Below are positions 63,440-64,000 of a DNA stretch of 64,000 bases, in pieces. This stretch comes from Chiloscyllium plagiosum (lineage: Eukaryota), in the NCBI RefSeq assembly GCF_004010195.1, contig NC_057732.1, positions 45,848,098 through 45,912,097 of the forward strand, read 5' to 3'. A model generated the notes under the pieces. That model was not told the DNA's origin, searched no databases, and saw only the letters and a list, made by a program, of their open reading frames with translations. The position numbers and the translations under genes were made by a program. Numbering within the stretch: position 1 is the stretch's first letter; each line of letters starts with the position of its first letter.

Positions 63440-63715
63440 TGTCTGTGTGGAGTTTGCACATTATCCCAGTGTCTGCATGGGTTTTCTCCGGGGTGCTCTG
63501 GTTTCCTCCCACAGTCCAAAGATGTGTAGATTAGGGTGGACTGGCCATGCCAAATTGCCTACAGTGTTCAGGGATGCAGAGGCAAGGTGGGTTAGCATTG
63601 CGAAATGCAAGGTTACAAGGCCAGGTCGTGGGTGGTATTGGTGGGATGCTCTTCGGAGGGTCGGTGTGGACTCAATGGGCTGAGTGGCCTGCTTCCACAC
63701 TGTAGGGATTCTATG
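63440..63715 (+). mobile_element. HE1-type SINE, 5'-truncated
   Basis: V-domain and tail. Confidence 0.85.
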
Positions 63716-64000
63716 ATCATTGGACAGCCACACCCAGGAACAGATGTCAGACCATTCAGTCCCTTCAAACTGCTGCCCCATTCAACTCAAGAGGCAGGTC
63801 TGTGCCTTCACTTTGCCCATTCCCATCCCACCATTGTTTCCTGGACAGTGACCAGCTGAGGAACATGGGCCACTCTCCAAGGAAGAGCAGACATCGCGTC
63901 CTGCTGTCTTCACCACTGTTTATTCCAGCATTAAAAGAGACAACCTGGTCACCCAGTTGTTTTTTGTAGGAGCTTGCTGTGTCCAATTTGGCTGCAATGT

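Overview
Vertebrate genomic DNA, almost certainly a cartilaginous fish (shark). The repeat complement is typical of elasmobranchs: HE1-type tRNA/V-SINEs, CR1/HER1 LINE fragments, DeuSINE/SacSINE1-like SINEs and Penelope-like elements. The window looks intronic or intergenic. No intact, identifiable protein-coding gene is present; the ORF track is almost all repeat-derived or chance, and there are only a few low-confidence orphan exon candidates on the minus strand. The strongest signal is more than 20 short Penelope-derived insertions from at least 3-4 families. They carry intact or decayed minimal hammerhead-ribozyme motifs (CUGAnGA-A-stem II-GAAAC/G-NUH) with covarying stem II and a loop-less palindromic stem III. 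They often occur as head-to-head palindromes or ~90-130 bp mini-elements flanked by 10-15 bp target-site duplications (TSDs). Also present: a tRNA-Leu pseudogene, a GC-rich hairpin minisatellite, a non-Penelope long hairpin and two local templated-insertion scars. Repeat family names come from sequence recall, not from a database search, and boundaries of old repeats are approximate.
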